DNA of 64,000 nt from Candidatus Moraniibacteriota bacterium (GTDB lineage: Bacteria > Patescibacteriota > Minisyncoccia > Moranbacterales > GCA-2747515). The notes beneath the pieces were generated by a model, which saw only the letters and a list, made by a program, of their open reading frames with translations, did no database searches and was not told the origin of the DNA. Made by a program: the position numbers and the translations under genes. The stretch is from positions 120,070 through 184,069 of the forward strand of contig JALVQA010000004.1 in NCBI GenBank assembly GCA_027031495.1. Reading direction: 5' to 3'. How positions within the stretch are numbered: the stretch's first letter is position 1; every line of letters begins with the position of its first letter. Shown one piece after another: positions 1-10,383 of this stretch.

Positions 1-1
1 G

Positions 2-148
2 TATTTGACAGCTGCTGGTGACGAAGATCAGATAGGTAGAGCAAAAAAAATGGTACGCTATGCAATTATTGGTACGATTGTCGCACTTTCTGGACTAATT
101 ATTATCAAGGGTGTTAGTGCAGCACTTGAGGGAAAGGATAATTTTTAG
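2..148 (+). CDS. 3' end of a gene that starts upstream of the window; the last ~48 codons encode a C-terminal hydrophobic segment (…MVRYAIIGTIVALSGLIIIKGVSAALEGKDNF*)
   Basis: Open frame from the window edge to TAG at 146-148, with a hydrophobic C-terminal helix and a terminator hairpin just downstream. No family recognised. Confidence 0.3.
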   Translation, partial: YLTAAGDEDQIGRAKKMVRYAIIGTIVALSGLIIIKGVSAALEGKDNF

Positions 149-194
149 AAAATATAACATTTTTTGGTAAAATTTTTATCTAAATGAAAAAAAA

Positions 195-219
195 CGCAGA
201 CTGCATTAAACAGTCTGCG
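195..219. terminator. Bidirectional intrinsic terminator: perfect 9-bp stem cgcagactg/cagtctgcg, loop cattaaa, U-runs on both strands
   Basis: The hairpin is read directly from the sequence. On the minus strand it is followed by TTTTTTTT, immediately after the stop of the 230..1501 gene. The plus-strand T-run (gttttt) is weaker. Confidence 0.55.
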
Positions 220-229
220 CGAGTTGTTT

Positions 230-1501
230 TTACCATTTATTTTGACAAACGATGGTTGCCGGCACGCCGTTTTGGGCGTGCCAGAACCTTCTAACACTTG
301 GCAACGCCTTGTTTATCTGTACGTTCCATCGGACAGATAAGCGTTTGCCGTCCATAGCTTTGTGCAGCGCAAACGGATTCACTCCCTTAATTGGGTATGA
401 GAATTCGTTTGTGGTAGCTGCCGTCGGCATGCCATAAAGAGCCGACGTTGGGCGCTTTTTGACATTTGTCATACCGCCGCTACCAAAGTGCCATACAACT
501 TCCGTGTCTTCAACTTCGCAGAACCATCTCGATGATGGTAGATCGTAGTGCCACATTCCCTCGTAACAAGTAGGGAATGAGATAACAATACGATCATCAT
601 TCCTCCTTACACTAACGGCGCAATCTCCGCGCTTTCGTGCAGGAGTGGTGGCAGCTTTTTTTCTTTGCACCGCCACCGCTTTGTCACTCACTTCCTTTTG
701 CTGTGACACAGACTCTTTAGCGCCTTCATTACGTCGGCGCCATACACGATATGCGGCAAGGTTTTCTTGCGCCTCCTTCAGTGTATCGCAGGCGTCGCGT
801 ACATCTTTGCTCTTACTATCCTTGCAGAGTACATACTGTGGTTTTTTGTACTCCTCGACGAGATGCATCATGTCCCTTTCCGCCTGTGCAACCGCCTCGT
901 GGAGCACTTCGTACTCTGTACGCACGCGCGCAGCATGCTGCTGCTCATCGGTACCTGTTGTCAGCGTATCGCGCAACTCCGGAAAGTATTGTGCTGCGAC
1001 AATTTGAAAGACGCCGATAGACATCATCGCCACTGCTAGGGCCGAGAACCACTTTTTGTAGTAGGCATATCCGCCTTCAACGAGGCCGAAAATGCCAATA
1101 AAGATGCCACCGGCAATGACGAGTAGTGCTCCAACCGGGTGTGCCATAATCGGCACAACAGCGAGGGTAAGGATCGTCGCCTCGATGATCAACTCCGCAG
1201 TTACCACGAGGCGAAACGGCATGAGGAAGCGCTGCTGTGTGTTAGCGCCAGTTCCTGGCAGCGTGGCAATAATGACACCAGTCGTCCACAACGCCGGTGT
1301 CGCCATCGTGAGGACAATCGGGATAAACCCAATGAACCCGAGCACCAGTACGGCGCCCATGTGACCACTTGCGTTGAGCGCAAACGCAGCAACGACGAGC
1401 ACAATCGTGACGATGAGACAGATGACTGCCACCGTCCACGCCTTTTTGTTAATACCCTCATTAAAAGGGATTTTGAATATGTTCAGGATTTTTTCAAACA
1501 T
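230..1501 (-). CDS. Hypothetical polytopic membrane protein: about 6 N-terminal TM helices plus a charged coiled-coil region and a C-terminal globular part
   Basis: 423-aa ORF with a highly hydrophobic N-terminal 170 aa. A strong terminator lies downstream. No recognisable catalytic motif. Confidence 0.5.
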   Translation of the reverse strand: MFEKILNIFKIPFNEGINKKAWTVAVICLIVTIVLVVAAFALNASGHMGAVLVLGFIGFIPIVLTMATPALWTTGVIIATLPGTGANTQQRFLMPFRLVVTAELIIEATILTLAVVPIMAHPVGALLVIAGGIFIGIFGLVEGGYAYYKKWFSALAVAMMSIGVFQIVAAQYFPELRDTLTTGTDEQQHAARVRTEYEVLHEAVAQAERDMMHLVEEYKKPQYVLCKDSKSKDVRDACDTLKEAQENLAAYRVWRRRNEGAKESVSQQKEVSDKAVAVQRKKAATTPARKRGDCAVSVRRNDDRIVISFPTCYEGMWHYDLPSSRWFCEVEDTEVVWHFGSGGMTNVKKRPTSALYGMPTAATTNEFSYPIKGVNPFALHKAMDGKRLSVRWNVQINKALPSVRRFWHAQNGVPATIVCQNKW

Positions 1502-1530
1502 GATGTATTACTCCTCTTCAAAAAAATTTT

Positions 1531-2268
1531 TTAAAGTACGGAAGCGACAAGTGCAATTGCCGCAAAGACAGTGGCAAAAAATACAATAACTGCCACTATC
1601 CACTGCTTCCGCGCACGTTTCGTGAGATCTTCCTCCCACGAAAGAATACCATCCAGCGCTTCCTCAATGCCATTGGTCGCATCGCCGAGCTTTCTCTTGG
1701 CGGTGTGTAGATATTCCCGCAGCGACTTTGCCAGATCCTCCGCACGCTCATCTTTCATCACAAGAAGCGTCTTGGCCCAGTGATGAATCATCTCATTGCG
1801 TTGCGGATCCCTCAAGAGAGATGCTGTCGTCATGTACTGGATGACTTTATCTCTCTCAAAGTCAACATCTATCGCATATTGCGCAAGCTTTTTGAGCGCC
1901 GCGAGGCGATGGTCGGTCGTCACGGCTGTGACAGCACCCTTCTTTTTCTTCCCGCTTTTTACTGCCTTTGTTGACACCTCGGCTGAGGTGACCACAAGGC
2001 GCAGATAATTCCACGCCATGGAACGCAGGAACCGCGCCACACGATCGTTGCCACGAGGAGGAATAACCGCCTCTTTGATCAGCGTCAGCGCTTTCCTTTC
2101 ATTTTCCGTGAGCTGAGAGAAGAGCGATGTCCATGCACCTTCGTCATCGGTGCCAAGACCAAAAAGGTGTGGTCTTTTGATGCCAGGATTGTCAGCCCCC
2201 TTGATGCCTTCTGCTATGCTTGGTAGGGCTGAGCCAATGAGATAGCCCCAATTGATTCTGTGTTGCAT
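1531..2268 (-). CDS. Hypothetical protein with a C-terminal transmembrane anchor (tail-anchored)
   Basis: 245-aa ORF ending in the hydrophobic stretch WIVAVIVFFATVFAAIALVASVL. It is co-directional with, and 30 nt upstream of, the 230..1501 gene. Confidence 0.45.
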   Translation of the reverse strand: MQHRINWGYLIGSALPSIAEGIKGADNPGIKRPHLFGLGTDDEGAWTSLFSQLTENERKALTLIKEAVIPPRGNDRVARFLRSMAWNYLRLVVTSAEVSTKAVKSGKKKKGAVTAVTTDHRLAALKKLAQYAIDVDFERDKVIQYMTTASLLRDPQRNEMIHHWAKTLLVMKDERAEDLAKSLREYLHTAKRKLGDATNGIEEALDGILSWEEDLTKRARKQWIVAVIVFFATVFAAIALVASVL

Positions 2269-2463
2269 TTTTACCTCCTGCCCTTACGGGCTTTGATGTT
2301 AAAGAAATGTTCTTGCACAACTTGATTTAGTGGCGCAAGTTACGCGCAGTATAGTACATTTATGTCATAATGTCAAGCTTCATGGCGCATTTAGTGTGTT
2401 TGACAAATGCATGTCTAGAGTATAGTGTAAGTGTGTTGTTCCTTTTATTTGGAGGAGAGATTC

Positions 2464-2864
2464 ATGAAAAAATTGGCATTTTCCTTATCATCTACTTTTT
2501 TGTTTCCGCATGCGCTACAGTGGATCGGAACGGAAATTACAATTTTGATGAAGAGGAATTTAAGGCACGCGCGACCAACGCAACAGCTGTTGCAGCAGCC
2601 GGTTATGCCCTTGGTAAGCCAAAGAAAGGTGCAGCTATCGGTGCTGTTGTCGGCGGCATTATTGATCCGCACGAGTGTTCGGACGGTTATCGGGAAGAAA
2701 CTGCCGAGCGCGCGTCAACGACTGATGGTGCGCCGGGCACATATAAAGGCGTTTCAAGCCGTCGGCACAACAAACGTTGCGGCAATGAAAAAGGTGGCGC
2801 AGGGAATATGTGGCGCGACCTTGAAGAGCTTGAGCGGCATCTGCCACGTCTCCCTATAAGATAG
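2464..2864 (+). CDS. Small glycine-zipper lipoprotein, frameshifted at an A6 tract immediately after the start codon
   Basis: RBS GGAGGAGAG lies 5 nt upstream of ATG 2464. As printed (A6 at 2467-2472) the frame runs into a low-complexity product. One extra A gives MKKIGIFLIIYFFVSAC…, a signal peptide with lipobox VSAC. It is followed by the glycine-zipper GKPKKGAAIGAVVGGIIDP, which is what ORF 2370..2864 encodes. Confidence 0.5.
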
Positions 2865-2937
2865 CAAGATAGTGAGTTTGTCGGTGCAATTGCGCCGTTT
2901 TTTTGCGTAGATACATCTTTTTTGGTACTTTTATAGT

Positions 2938-3432
2938 ATGCGTAAGACTTTTGTTACAAAGAGTCCGGATGAGACGCGCGTTGTTGCTGCAACTCTTGCG
3001 CGAGAGCTACTTTCACTCTATGAGAGTAGTACTGATGCATTGTTGCGTAATCATGCACACATTGTTGCGCTTGAGGGTGATCTTGGTGCCGGTAAGACGA
3101 CATTTGCGCAGGGCTTTTTGTCAGCATGTGGTGCGCACGGACCATTTACAAGCCCTACGTTTGGCATTATCAAACAGTACGATTGTGGGCAAAATGCATC
3201 ACTAACGCACGTATACCACGTAGATCCATACCGTATCGGTGCGGATGATTTGCTTGCGCTGGGATGGGAAGAGATGTGTGCTGATCCGCGTGCTTTACTT
3301 ATCGTTGAGTGGCCAACGATTATTGCATCTATTATGCCGCAACCGACTCTTCATGTTACACTAACTTATGGTGAGGATATGACGACGCGTACAATAGTTG
3401 TTACGTGGTACCATAAAAAGGGAAATAGCTAA
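2938..3432 (+). CDS. tsaE: tRNA threonylcarbamoyladenosine (t6A) biosynthesis protein TsaE (YjeE-type P-loop ATPase)
   Basis: Walker A motif [14 protein letters not shown], the expected size (164 aa) and the YjeE-like sequence order. Confidence 0.8.
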   Translation: MRKTFVTKSPDETRVVAATLARELLSLYESSTDALLRNHAHIVALEGDLGAGKTTFAQGFLSACGAHGPFTSPTFGIIKQYDCGQNASLTHVYHVDPYRIGADDLLALGWEEMCADPRALLIVEWPTIIASIMPQPTLHVTLTYGEDMTTRTIVVTWYHKKGNS

Positions 3433-3436
3433 AAAT

Positions 3437-4240
3437 ATGCAAAGAGTATTGATGGTTGTGTTGAGTATTGTTATATGTGGCATGTTAAGTGGATGCGATA
3501 CTGCCGGCACACCACGTGTTCCTACACAGGAGACTGGTGCTGACACCGTATCATATATTGATATCGGTGATGCGCCACCAAATGCTGCGGATATTGGGCG
3601 CGCGATGGAAGAAGAAGTAAAGCCGTGGAAGAAGAAACAGCGCGCACAATCACGTGAGGATACGGAGAGTGTAAGCACTCGTGATACTACACAAGCGAGT
3701 AATAATACAACACATAAATCCGATCATAAAAATATGATGAAAACATTTGACCGTGCACGCGCAAAAGACTTAAGTAAGCGCTACAGAGGCGTCGTGCTTC
3801 ACACAAACAAAGGTGACATCACAATCACATTTTATGGTGATGATGCACCGCTTTCTGTTGGCAATTTTTTGATGCTTGCGCAGGATGGTTTCTACGACGG
3901 CATTACTTTTCATCGTGTTATCAAAGATTTCATGATTCAGGGTGGTGATCCGACGGGGACAGGTGCCGGTGGACCCGGTTACACATTCGAAGACGAGAGC
4001 AATGATCATAAAGTTGTGCGTGGTGCAGTAGCGATGGCAAATGCCGGACCTAATACAAACGGTTCGCAATTCTTTATTGTAACGGCGCAGGCAGCGCCAT
4101 GGCTTGATGGGAAGTACACAGTTTTTGGTAGTGTCGTCGATGGGATGGATGTTGTTGATGCGATTGAATCGGTTGCAACAGATCGCAATGATAAGCCACT
4201 GGAGGATGTCACTATCAAGAGCGTTGATATGGTGCAATAA
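3437..4240 (+). CDS. ppiB: Lipoprotein peptidyl-prolyl cis-trans isomerase, cyclophilin type
   Basis: Signal peptide with lipobox LSGC. The cyclophilin core is recognisable ([19 protein letters not shown]…[20 protein letters not shown]…). The start is set at the ATG just after the tsaE stop. Confidence 0.85.
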   Translation: MQRVLMVVLSIVICGMLSGCDTAGTPRVPTQETGADTVSYIDIGDAPPNAADIGRAMEEEVKPWKKKQRAQSREDTESVSTRDTTQASNNTTHKSDHKNMMKTFDRARAKDLSKRYRGVVLHTNKGDITITFYGDDAPLSVGNFLMLAQDGFYDGITFHRVIKDFMIQGGDPTGTGAGGPGYTFEDESNDHKVVRGAVAMANAGPNTNGSQFFIVTAQAAPWLDGKYTVFGSVVDGMDVVDAIESVATDRNDKPLEDVTIKSVDMVQ

Positions 4241-4267
4241 AAAGTTGCAAAATGGTACAATGGGTGT

Positions 4268-6931
4268 ATGACTGAACGCAAAATACTTCTTCTTGTTGAT
4301 ACGAGTGCGCTTATTCACCGTGCGTACCATGCAATTCCTCCACTGACAACAAAGGATGGAAAGCTTGTTAATGCTGTTTACGGTGTTGTATCTACATTAC
4401 TTTCTGTAGAAAAGGAATATACGCCAACGTACATTATTGCGGCGTACGATGTCGGCAAAAAGACCTTTCGTCACAAAATGTATGCAAAGTATAAAGCACA
4501 TCGGCGTGCACTGCCCGATGATCTTGTGGCGCAGTTTGATTATGTGCGCAAGCTTATAGATGCCTTTGGCATTCTTGGGCTGGAGCATGAAGATTTTGAG
4601 GCGGATGATATTATCGGTACGGTAGCACGTGAGATTGTGCAGAAATATGACGATATCGATGTTGTAATTGTGACCGGTGATAATGACGCGCTACAACTTG
4701 TCAATGAACGTGTGCGTGTGCGCACGTTTGGTCGCGGTCTATCGGATGCAAAAGTTTATGATATAGATGCAGTGCAGCAAAAGTACCATCTCTTGCCATC
4801 GCAGCTGCCGGAATATAAAGGACTTGTTGGTGATAGCAGTGATAATATTCCCGGTGTTAGCGGTATTGGACATAAAACTGCCATAAAACTTTTAACAATG
4901 TATGGCTCGCTAGAAGGTATTTACGAGCATATTGATGAAATTAAAGGTGCGGTGCGAGAGAGGCTGGAGCGTGATCGTGAACAAGCATTTCTTTCGCGTG
5001 ATTTGGGGCGCATCGTGACAAATGTGCCGCTGACGTATGATATTGAAGATGCACGTGCACACTTAAATACCAAGAAAGTACGCGCTTTCTTTCGCAAAAT
5101 GAATTTTTTCTCATTGATCAAGCGTCTTCCGCATGACAATGATAAAAGCACTGTGACGGCGCAAGCAGACAATGCGACGTGCACTATCATTGCACCGAAA
5201 GATGTAGAGAAAACGTTAGTATCTTTTGCGCAAAAGACGTGCGTTGCTGTGCGCGTACTCCATGATACATCTGCAATAAGAGGTGTTGCGCTCTCATCAG
5301 CGTACAATGAAGCATGTTTTATCGCCTGGACACTCGAGACACGTGCGTACATAGAACGTTTCTTTGCGCATACGAAGCGGCACGCTGTCATTACAACATT
5401 TGACACAAAAACGCTCATGCATCTTCTTGCGCGTCACAATATTGTGCTATCACCGCCTTATAGTGATGTGATGTTGCAAGCGTATGTTATCGGCGCAGGG
5501 TCTGTGATTACGCTTGCACGCTGCGCGTATGAGGAGCTAGGGCGAGAGTTGCCACAGAAACAATCACAGCTATCGCTTATGTCTGATGACGATAATGCTG
5601 TTCTATATGTTCAGCAAGAGGCGACACTGATTTATGACCTTGCGTGTCATTACGAAAAAAAGATTGCGGCTATTGCGCACACACAGAAAGGGGATGCATC
5701 CATTGCGACGGTTTTGAAACACATGGAGATCCCACTTATTGCCGTTTTGATGCGCATGGAGCGCATTGGTGTTCCCTGTGAGAAAGAAATTCTGGAAGCA
5801 TTGAGTGTAGAACTAGGAAAGAAGATTGCTGCATGTGAAGAGAAAATTTATAAGCACGCTGGCACGTCATTTAATATCAATTCGCCACAACAATTGGCAA
5901 CAATTCTTTTTGATACTCTCTCATTGCCGACACAATCCATCAAAAAGACGAAAACTGGATATTCAACGGCGGCGAGTGAACTTGAGAAATTGCGCACAAC
6001 ACATCCAATCATTGCGTTAATTGAAGAGTATCGTGAGCTCACAAAACTGCGCAATACGTACGTTGATGTCCTTCCGAAACTTATTGATGAGAAAGGTCGC
6101 ATACACACTACTTTTCAGCAGGCGGTTACAGCAACAGGGCGTCTCTCGTCAACGGATCCAAATTTGCAAAATATTCCGACACGTACGGAATACAGTAGCA
6201 CTATTCGTAGAGCATTTGCTGCACCGGATGGATTTGTTCTTGTTTCCGCTGATTACTCGCAAATTGACTTGCGGTGTATTGCGCACATTTCCGGTGATGA
6301 AAAAATGATTGCAGCGTTTCAGCGCGGTGATGATATTCACGAATTAACAGCCGCAGAAGTATTTGGTGTGCCAAAGGAGAAAGTAACAAAACAACAGCGC
6401 CGTCATGCAAAGGCCTTGAATTTTGGTCTTATCTACGGCATGGGTGCATACGGTTTTGCACAATCTGCCGGCATTGATATTGAACAGGCGCGCGATTTTA
6501 TTGCAAAGTATTTTGAGCGCTTTCGTGGTGTAGAGAAATATATGCAAGAAATTGTTGCGTTTGCAAAAGAGCATGGTTTTGTGGAGACGCCGTTTGGTCG
6601 TCGGCGTGCTATACCGGAAATTAATGCAACAAATCAGCAGCTTGCGCGCAGTGGCGAACGTATGGCAATCAACATGCCGGTGCAGGGTATGGCAGCAGAT
6701 ATTATGAAGTATGCAATGATAGCAGTTGCTAAAATGCTCAATGAAACGTACTCAGCTGATACTGCGCGCATGATTTTGCAGGTTCATGATGAGATTATTT
6801 GTGAGGTACGCAAAGAGGTTTTGCGGGATATTGAGGAGAAAATTAGCACCATAATGGAAAATATCGTGACGTTGCGTGTGCCGCTTGTCGTAGATGTTTC
6901 GCATGGTGCAACGTGGGCTAATCTTGCATAG
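4268..6931 (+). CDS. polA: DNA polymerase I (5'-3' exonuclease + polymerase domains)
   Basis: 887 aa. The N-terminal FEN/5' nuclease domain is present (LLLVDTSALIHRAYHA…GDSSDNIPGV). The polymerase motifs DYSQIDLRCIAH (motif A), KALNFGLIYGM and QVHDEIICE (motif C) are also present. Confidence 0.95.
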   Translation: MTERKILLLVDTSALIHRAYHAIPPLTTKDGKLVNAVYGVVSTLLSVEKEYTPTYIIAAYDVGKKTFRHKMYAKYKAHRRALPDDLVAQFDYVRKLIDAFGILGLEHEDFEADDIIGTVAREIVQKYDDIDVVIVTGDNDALQLVNERVRVRTFGRGLSDAKVYDIDAVQQKYHLLPSQLPEYKGLVGDSSDNIPGVSGIGHKTAIKLLTMYGSLEGIYEHIDEIKGAVRERLERDREQAFLSRDLGRIVTNVPLTYDIEDARAHLNTKKVRAFFRKMNFFSLIKRLPHDNDKSTVTAQADNATCTIIAPKDVEKTLVSFAQKTCVAVRVLHDTSAIRGVALSSAYNEACFIAWTLETRAYIERFFAHTKRHAVITTFDTKTLMHLLARHNIVLSPPYSDVMLQAYVIGAGSVITLARCAYEELGRELPQKQSQLSLMSDDDNAVLYVQQEATLIYDLACHYEKKIAAIAHTQKGDASIATVLKHMEIPLIAVLMRMERIGVPCEKEILEALSVELGKKIAACEEKIYKHAGTSFNINSPQQLATILFDTLSLPTQSIKKTKTGYSTAASELEKLRTTHPIIALIEEYRELTKLRNTYVDVLPKLIDEKGRIHTTFQQAVTATGRLSSTDPNLQNIPTRTEYSSTIRRAFAAPDGFVLVSADYSQIDLRCIAHISGDEKMIAAFQRGDDIHELTAAEVFGVPKEKVTKQQRRHAKALNFGLIYGMGAYGFAQSAGIDIEQARDFIAKYFERFRGVEKYMQEIVAFAKEHGFVETPFGRRRAIPEINATNQQLARSGERMAINMPVQGMAADIMKYAMIAVAKMLNETYSADTARMILQVHDEIICEVRKEVLRDIEEKISTIMENIVTLRVPLVVDVSHGATWANLA

Positions 6932-7002
6932 TGTATAATGCATATAGCATGCCTCTATAAGCAAGTGCGAGGTGTATTAAGAAATAAAAATTTTTATTAA
7001 TT

Positions 7003-8214
7003 ATGTCTAAAAATCAAAAAATTGGTATAGGCGTTGCCGCGTGTCTTGTTGTATTGCTTGCAGGATGGTTTTTTGTCGGGCGCGGTGGTGACCATAAAAC
7101 ACGAGAAGTAATTGAACTAACAGAAGACGGTCGCGATGCGAATCTTCTTGACTATGAGCCGGATGTAATCGAGTCTGGTAAAGAACAGGGACGCAGCCCA
7201 CTGTCCGGTCGTGTATGTGATGCATGGGATAAGCGTCCGTTTGCCATAATGTATTCCGGTGATGCTGGTGCGCGCAAATGGTTTAGTGGCCTTTCGCAGG
7301 CAGATATCGTTGTGGAGATGCCGCATCGTGCTACACATGGTGGTACGCGTGTTATGGGTATTTTCCAGTGCAATGCACCGACTATTGTCGGACCGATGCG
7401 CAGTGGGCGTACGGATTTTCTCGGTCTTGCAAATGCGTTTGATGCAATCTTTGTGCCGTGGGGTGGCTCGAGTATTGTGAAAAACCTCCTGAAAAAGGGT
7501 GTTAATGATCATATTGATTGTAACGGCGAGGTAGCGCCGGCTGGTGGTGATGCATGTTTCCGCCGTAAAGATGGTCCGCCGTCAAAGATGGATAAAGCAT
7601 CATCGAGTGTGCCAAAACTGATCGCGAGAGCACGGGAATTAGGTTATCGCAACACAACGCAGTTTAACGCTTTGAAATTTCAAACGGACATTCCGCTATC
7701 AAAACGACCGGACCATGCGTATGTAAAGATTTACTTTGAAAAGCCATTTCGTGTAATTTTTGAGTACGACAAAGCAACAAATACTTACAAGCGGTACTTT
7801 AACAAGCAGCCGGATAAAGATTATGCAACCGGTGAACAGTATGCCGCAAAGAACGTTGTTGTTATTCTTACAAAAAAGAGTGCATTTTCAACGAGTGAGG
7901 ATTATGTTGGTAAGGGGCTTGTTGATCCGTGGAATGGTGTTGATGAAGTGCATCGCAAAAATGATAATGGGCAGTATCCAAATATGGAACTTGGTGATCC
8001 GTGGTTTGATATCAATCGCAGCGGTGAGGCACGTTTTTACATGAATGGTCGTGAAATCGTTGGCACATGGCGGCGTGAGCGCAAACTTGGTGCGCCGATG
8101 GAATTTTTTGACAAAAATGGTAAACCAATTCACTTTGTGGAAGGACAGACGTGGATTGAAATTGCTGAGTCAAATCGCAAGGTGCGCTACAAGGTGGAGC
8201 CACTTGAGGAGTAG
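7003..8214 (+). CDS. Membrane-anchored exported protein of unknown function (possibly DUF3048-like)
   Basis: 403 aa with an N-terminal signal-anchor (IGIGVAACLVVLLAGWFFVG). The remainder is hydrophilic. I could not assign a family with certainty. Confidence 0.5.
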   Translation: MSKNQKIGIGVAACLVVLLAGWFFVGRGGDHKTREVIELTEDGRDANLLDYEPDVIESGKEQGRSPLSGRVCDAWDKRPFAIMYSGDAGARKWFSGLSQADIVVEMPHRATHGGTRVMGIFQCNAPTIVGPMRSGRTDFLGLANAFDAIFVPWGGSSIVKNLLKKGVNDHIDCNGEVAPAGGDACFRRKDGPPSKMDKASSSVPKLIARARELGYRNTTQFNALKFQTDIPLSKRPDHAYVKIYFEKPFRVIFEYDKATNTYKRYFNKQPDKDYATGEQYAAKNVVVILTKKSAFSTSEDYVGKGLVDPWNGVDEVHRKNDNGQYPNMELGDPWFDINRSGEARFYMNGREIVGTWRRERKLGAPMEFFDKNGKPIHFVEGQTWIEIAESNRKVRYKVEPLEE

Positions 8215-8320
8215 TTTTTTATAAATATCTACCATTATAGATTACACGCTTATCTTCCATTGGTGGATGAGTGTGTTTTCGTGTGATACACTGCAGAGAG
8301 AGTTTGTAAGGTAATACTTT

Positions 8321-9268
8321 ATGCTTTTGTTTCTGTACGGCACGGAACTTTTGCAGCCCAGTGAGAAAATACACGCACTAACAGAGAAATTTTTTGCAAA
8401 AAATCAACAGGGTGCCGATAAGATTGTTGTTGACTGTGCTGATGGCGCAACGATAAAAGATGTGCACGATGCGCTTTTTAGTGGCAATCTTTTCACACGC
8501 CGTCGTCTTGTTATTGTCAAGAATCCTTTTTCGCTTCCGGCGAAAGATCAGCGAGAACTTGCGATGCAATTAAAGGCATTAGCACATGATGTTGTTGTTT
8601 TTTGGGAGCGGGGTAGTGTGCGTGCAAATGCTGTTCTCTCTAAAGCATTACTATCATGTGCTGATATGAAAAAAGAATACATCGCACCCCGTGGCAATGA
8701 TTACTATGCATGGGCTGCGCGTCGTCTTCATACAATTGCACCGGGAACAACACTTGAGCGTGACGCTGCCAAAGTATTAGAGACGCATATTGGTGATGAT
8801 CTTGTCCGTTTACACAACATATTGATGCAATGCGCATCGTATGTGGATAGCAAGTGTGTAACAGTAGATGTTGTCCACCTTTTTATAGAAGCGCGTGCCA
8901 CATCAAATGTTTTTAAGGCTGTTGAAGCACTTACACGCGGTGATCGTGCGCAGGCGCTCTCGCTCTTGCGAGAGCAACTGTCGGCTGGCGAGGATGCATT
9001 TAAGTTATTTGGTCTTTATGTTTATCATGTACGTTCACTCCTGACTGTTGCTGAATATAGTGAGCGTGGGGTCTATGATTATAAGCGCATTGCACAAAAG
9101 ACACGTCTTGCACCGTTTGTTGTATCAAAAGCATTGGCGGTGGTACGTGCGTTTCCGCGCCAACGTCTTCTATGCACACATGCGCATCTTGTAGCACTTG
9201 ATCGTGCCGTGAAGCGTGGCGTACTCACGATGGAAGATGCGCTTTATGATTTTGTTACAAAAACGTAG
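8321..9268 (+). CDS. holA: DNA polymerase III delta subunit (clamp-loader HolA-like)
   Basis: N-terminus LFLYGTE…, the size (315 aa), the helical C-terminal half, and the position between polA and rpsT in a replication/translation cluster. Confidence 0.65.
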   Translation: MLLFLYGTELLQPSEKIHALTEKFFAKNQQGADKIVVDCADGATIKDVHDALFSGNLFTRRRLVIVKNPFSLPAKDQRELAMQLKALAHDVVVFWERGSVRANAVLSKALLSCADMKKEYIAPRGNDYYAWAARRLHTIAPGTTLERDAAKVLETHIGDDLVRLHNILMQCASYVDSKCVTVDVVHLFIEARATSNVFKAVEALTRGDRAQALSLLREQLSAGEDAFKLFGLYVYHVRSLLTVAEYSERGVYDYKRIAQKTRLAPFVVSKALAVVRAFPRQRLLCTHAHLVALDRAVKRGVLTMEDALYDFVTKT

Positions 9269-9295
9269 AAACAATCTTTGTTAAAGATATAAAAA

Positions 9296-9319
9296 ACACA
9301 TATCGTAATGGATATGTGT
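9296..9319. terminator. Bidirectional terminator hairpin acacatatc-gtaatg-gatatgtgt, flanked by A-run and T-run
   Basis: Perfect 9-bp stem read from the sequence. It lies between convergent holA (+, ends 9268) and rpsT (-, ends 9338). Confidence 0.55.
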
Positions 9320-9337
9320 TTTTTTAAGAAATTTGTA

Positions 9338-9613
9338 CTACTTTTGTCCTTGTACAAGTGCCTTAACGGCTGCATTAAGGCGGCTCTTGAGGCGCGCGGC
9401 CGTATTTTTCTTGATAACGCCTTTTTGATGTGCTTTATCAAGTGTTTTCTGCGCTGTTTTCATCCACTTTTGTGCTTCATCGACGTCACTGTGAGCAATG
9501 GCTGCTCGCGTTTTTTTAATTGCGCCACGGAAGAGACCTTTAACAATGTTGTTACGCGCGGTTTTTCGTGCCGTAACACGCATGTACTTCTTTGCTGATG
9601 CTTTAATTGGCAT
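9338..9613 (-). CDS. rpsT: 30S ribosomal protein S20
   Basis: 91-aa basic helical protein (MPIKASAKKYMRVTARKTARN…) typical of S20. Confidence 0.9.
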   Translation of the reverse strand: MPIKASAKKYMRVTARKTARNNIVKGLFRGAIKKTRAAIAHSDVDEAQKWMKTAQKTLDKAHQKGVIKKNTAARLKSRLNAAVKALVQGQK

Positions 9614-9786
9614 AGAATATTCTGACGTTATGTATTATTGAATTGAGAGCAAATAGAGTAGTGTCTGTAAGCTTCCTCACTGACACTGTGGCTAGTACCA
9701 CTTATTTTTAGCATTATTTTACGATTTTGGCAAGTGTTTTGGCACGGTAGTATGCTATTATACTTTACGTGGTACTATAGTAGTGT

Positions 9787-10383
9787 ATGATTGCACATCT
9801 TACAGGAAAAATTATTGCACGTGATGAGGACAGCATTGTTGTTGATGTTGCCGGTGTTGGGTATGGCGTGCATATAAGTGCACATACACATGAGAAGGTC
9901 GCAACGGTGAATGATATATCGCTCTTTGTTTATACACATGTGCGCGAACAGGAGATTACTCTCTATGGCTTTATGGCACAAGAAGAAAAAGAGCTTTTTG
10001 TGGCACTTCTTACAATTAGCGGCGTTGGTCCAAAGGCTGCAATGAATATCCTCTCTATCGCACCGCCACAGACAATTCTTACTGCGATTGCACACAGTGA
10101 TGCGTCGCTTCTTACGAAAGTTTCCGGTATTGGTAAAAAAACGGCAGAGCGGATCGTGTTGGAACTGCACAACAAGGTGCAGAAACTTAGAGAAAATATG
10201 CCGCAAGATAGTGATACGCACAGCACAGATGATATTGATGCTATAGATGCACTCGTTGGGCTTGGCTACAGTGTAGCGGAAGCGCGTGATGCACTCAGAG
10301 CTGTGTCATCTGACCTGCCGCCGACAGCGACAATGACCGATCGCATCCGTGCTGCGCTTAAATACGCCGGACAAAAGAAATGA
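9787..10383 (+). CDS. ruvA: Holliday junction DNA helicase RuvA
   Basis: MIAHLTGKI…VVDVAGVGYGVHIS…LLTISGVGPKAAMNILS…VSGIGKKTAERIVLEL. The OB domain and the two HhH motifs are present. Confidence 0.9.
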   Translation: MIAHLTGKIIARDEDSIVVDVAGVGYGVHISAHTHEKVATVNDISLFVYTHVREQEITLYGFMAQEEKELFVALLTISGVGPKAAMNILSIAPPQTILTAIAHSDASLLTKVSGIGKKTAERIVLELHNKVQKLRENMPQDSDTHSTDDIDAIDALVGLGYSVAEARDALRAVSSDLPPTATMTDRIRAALKYAGQKK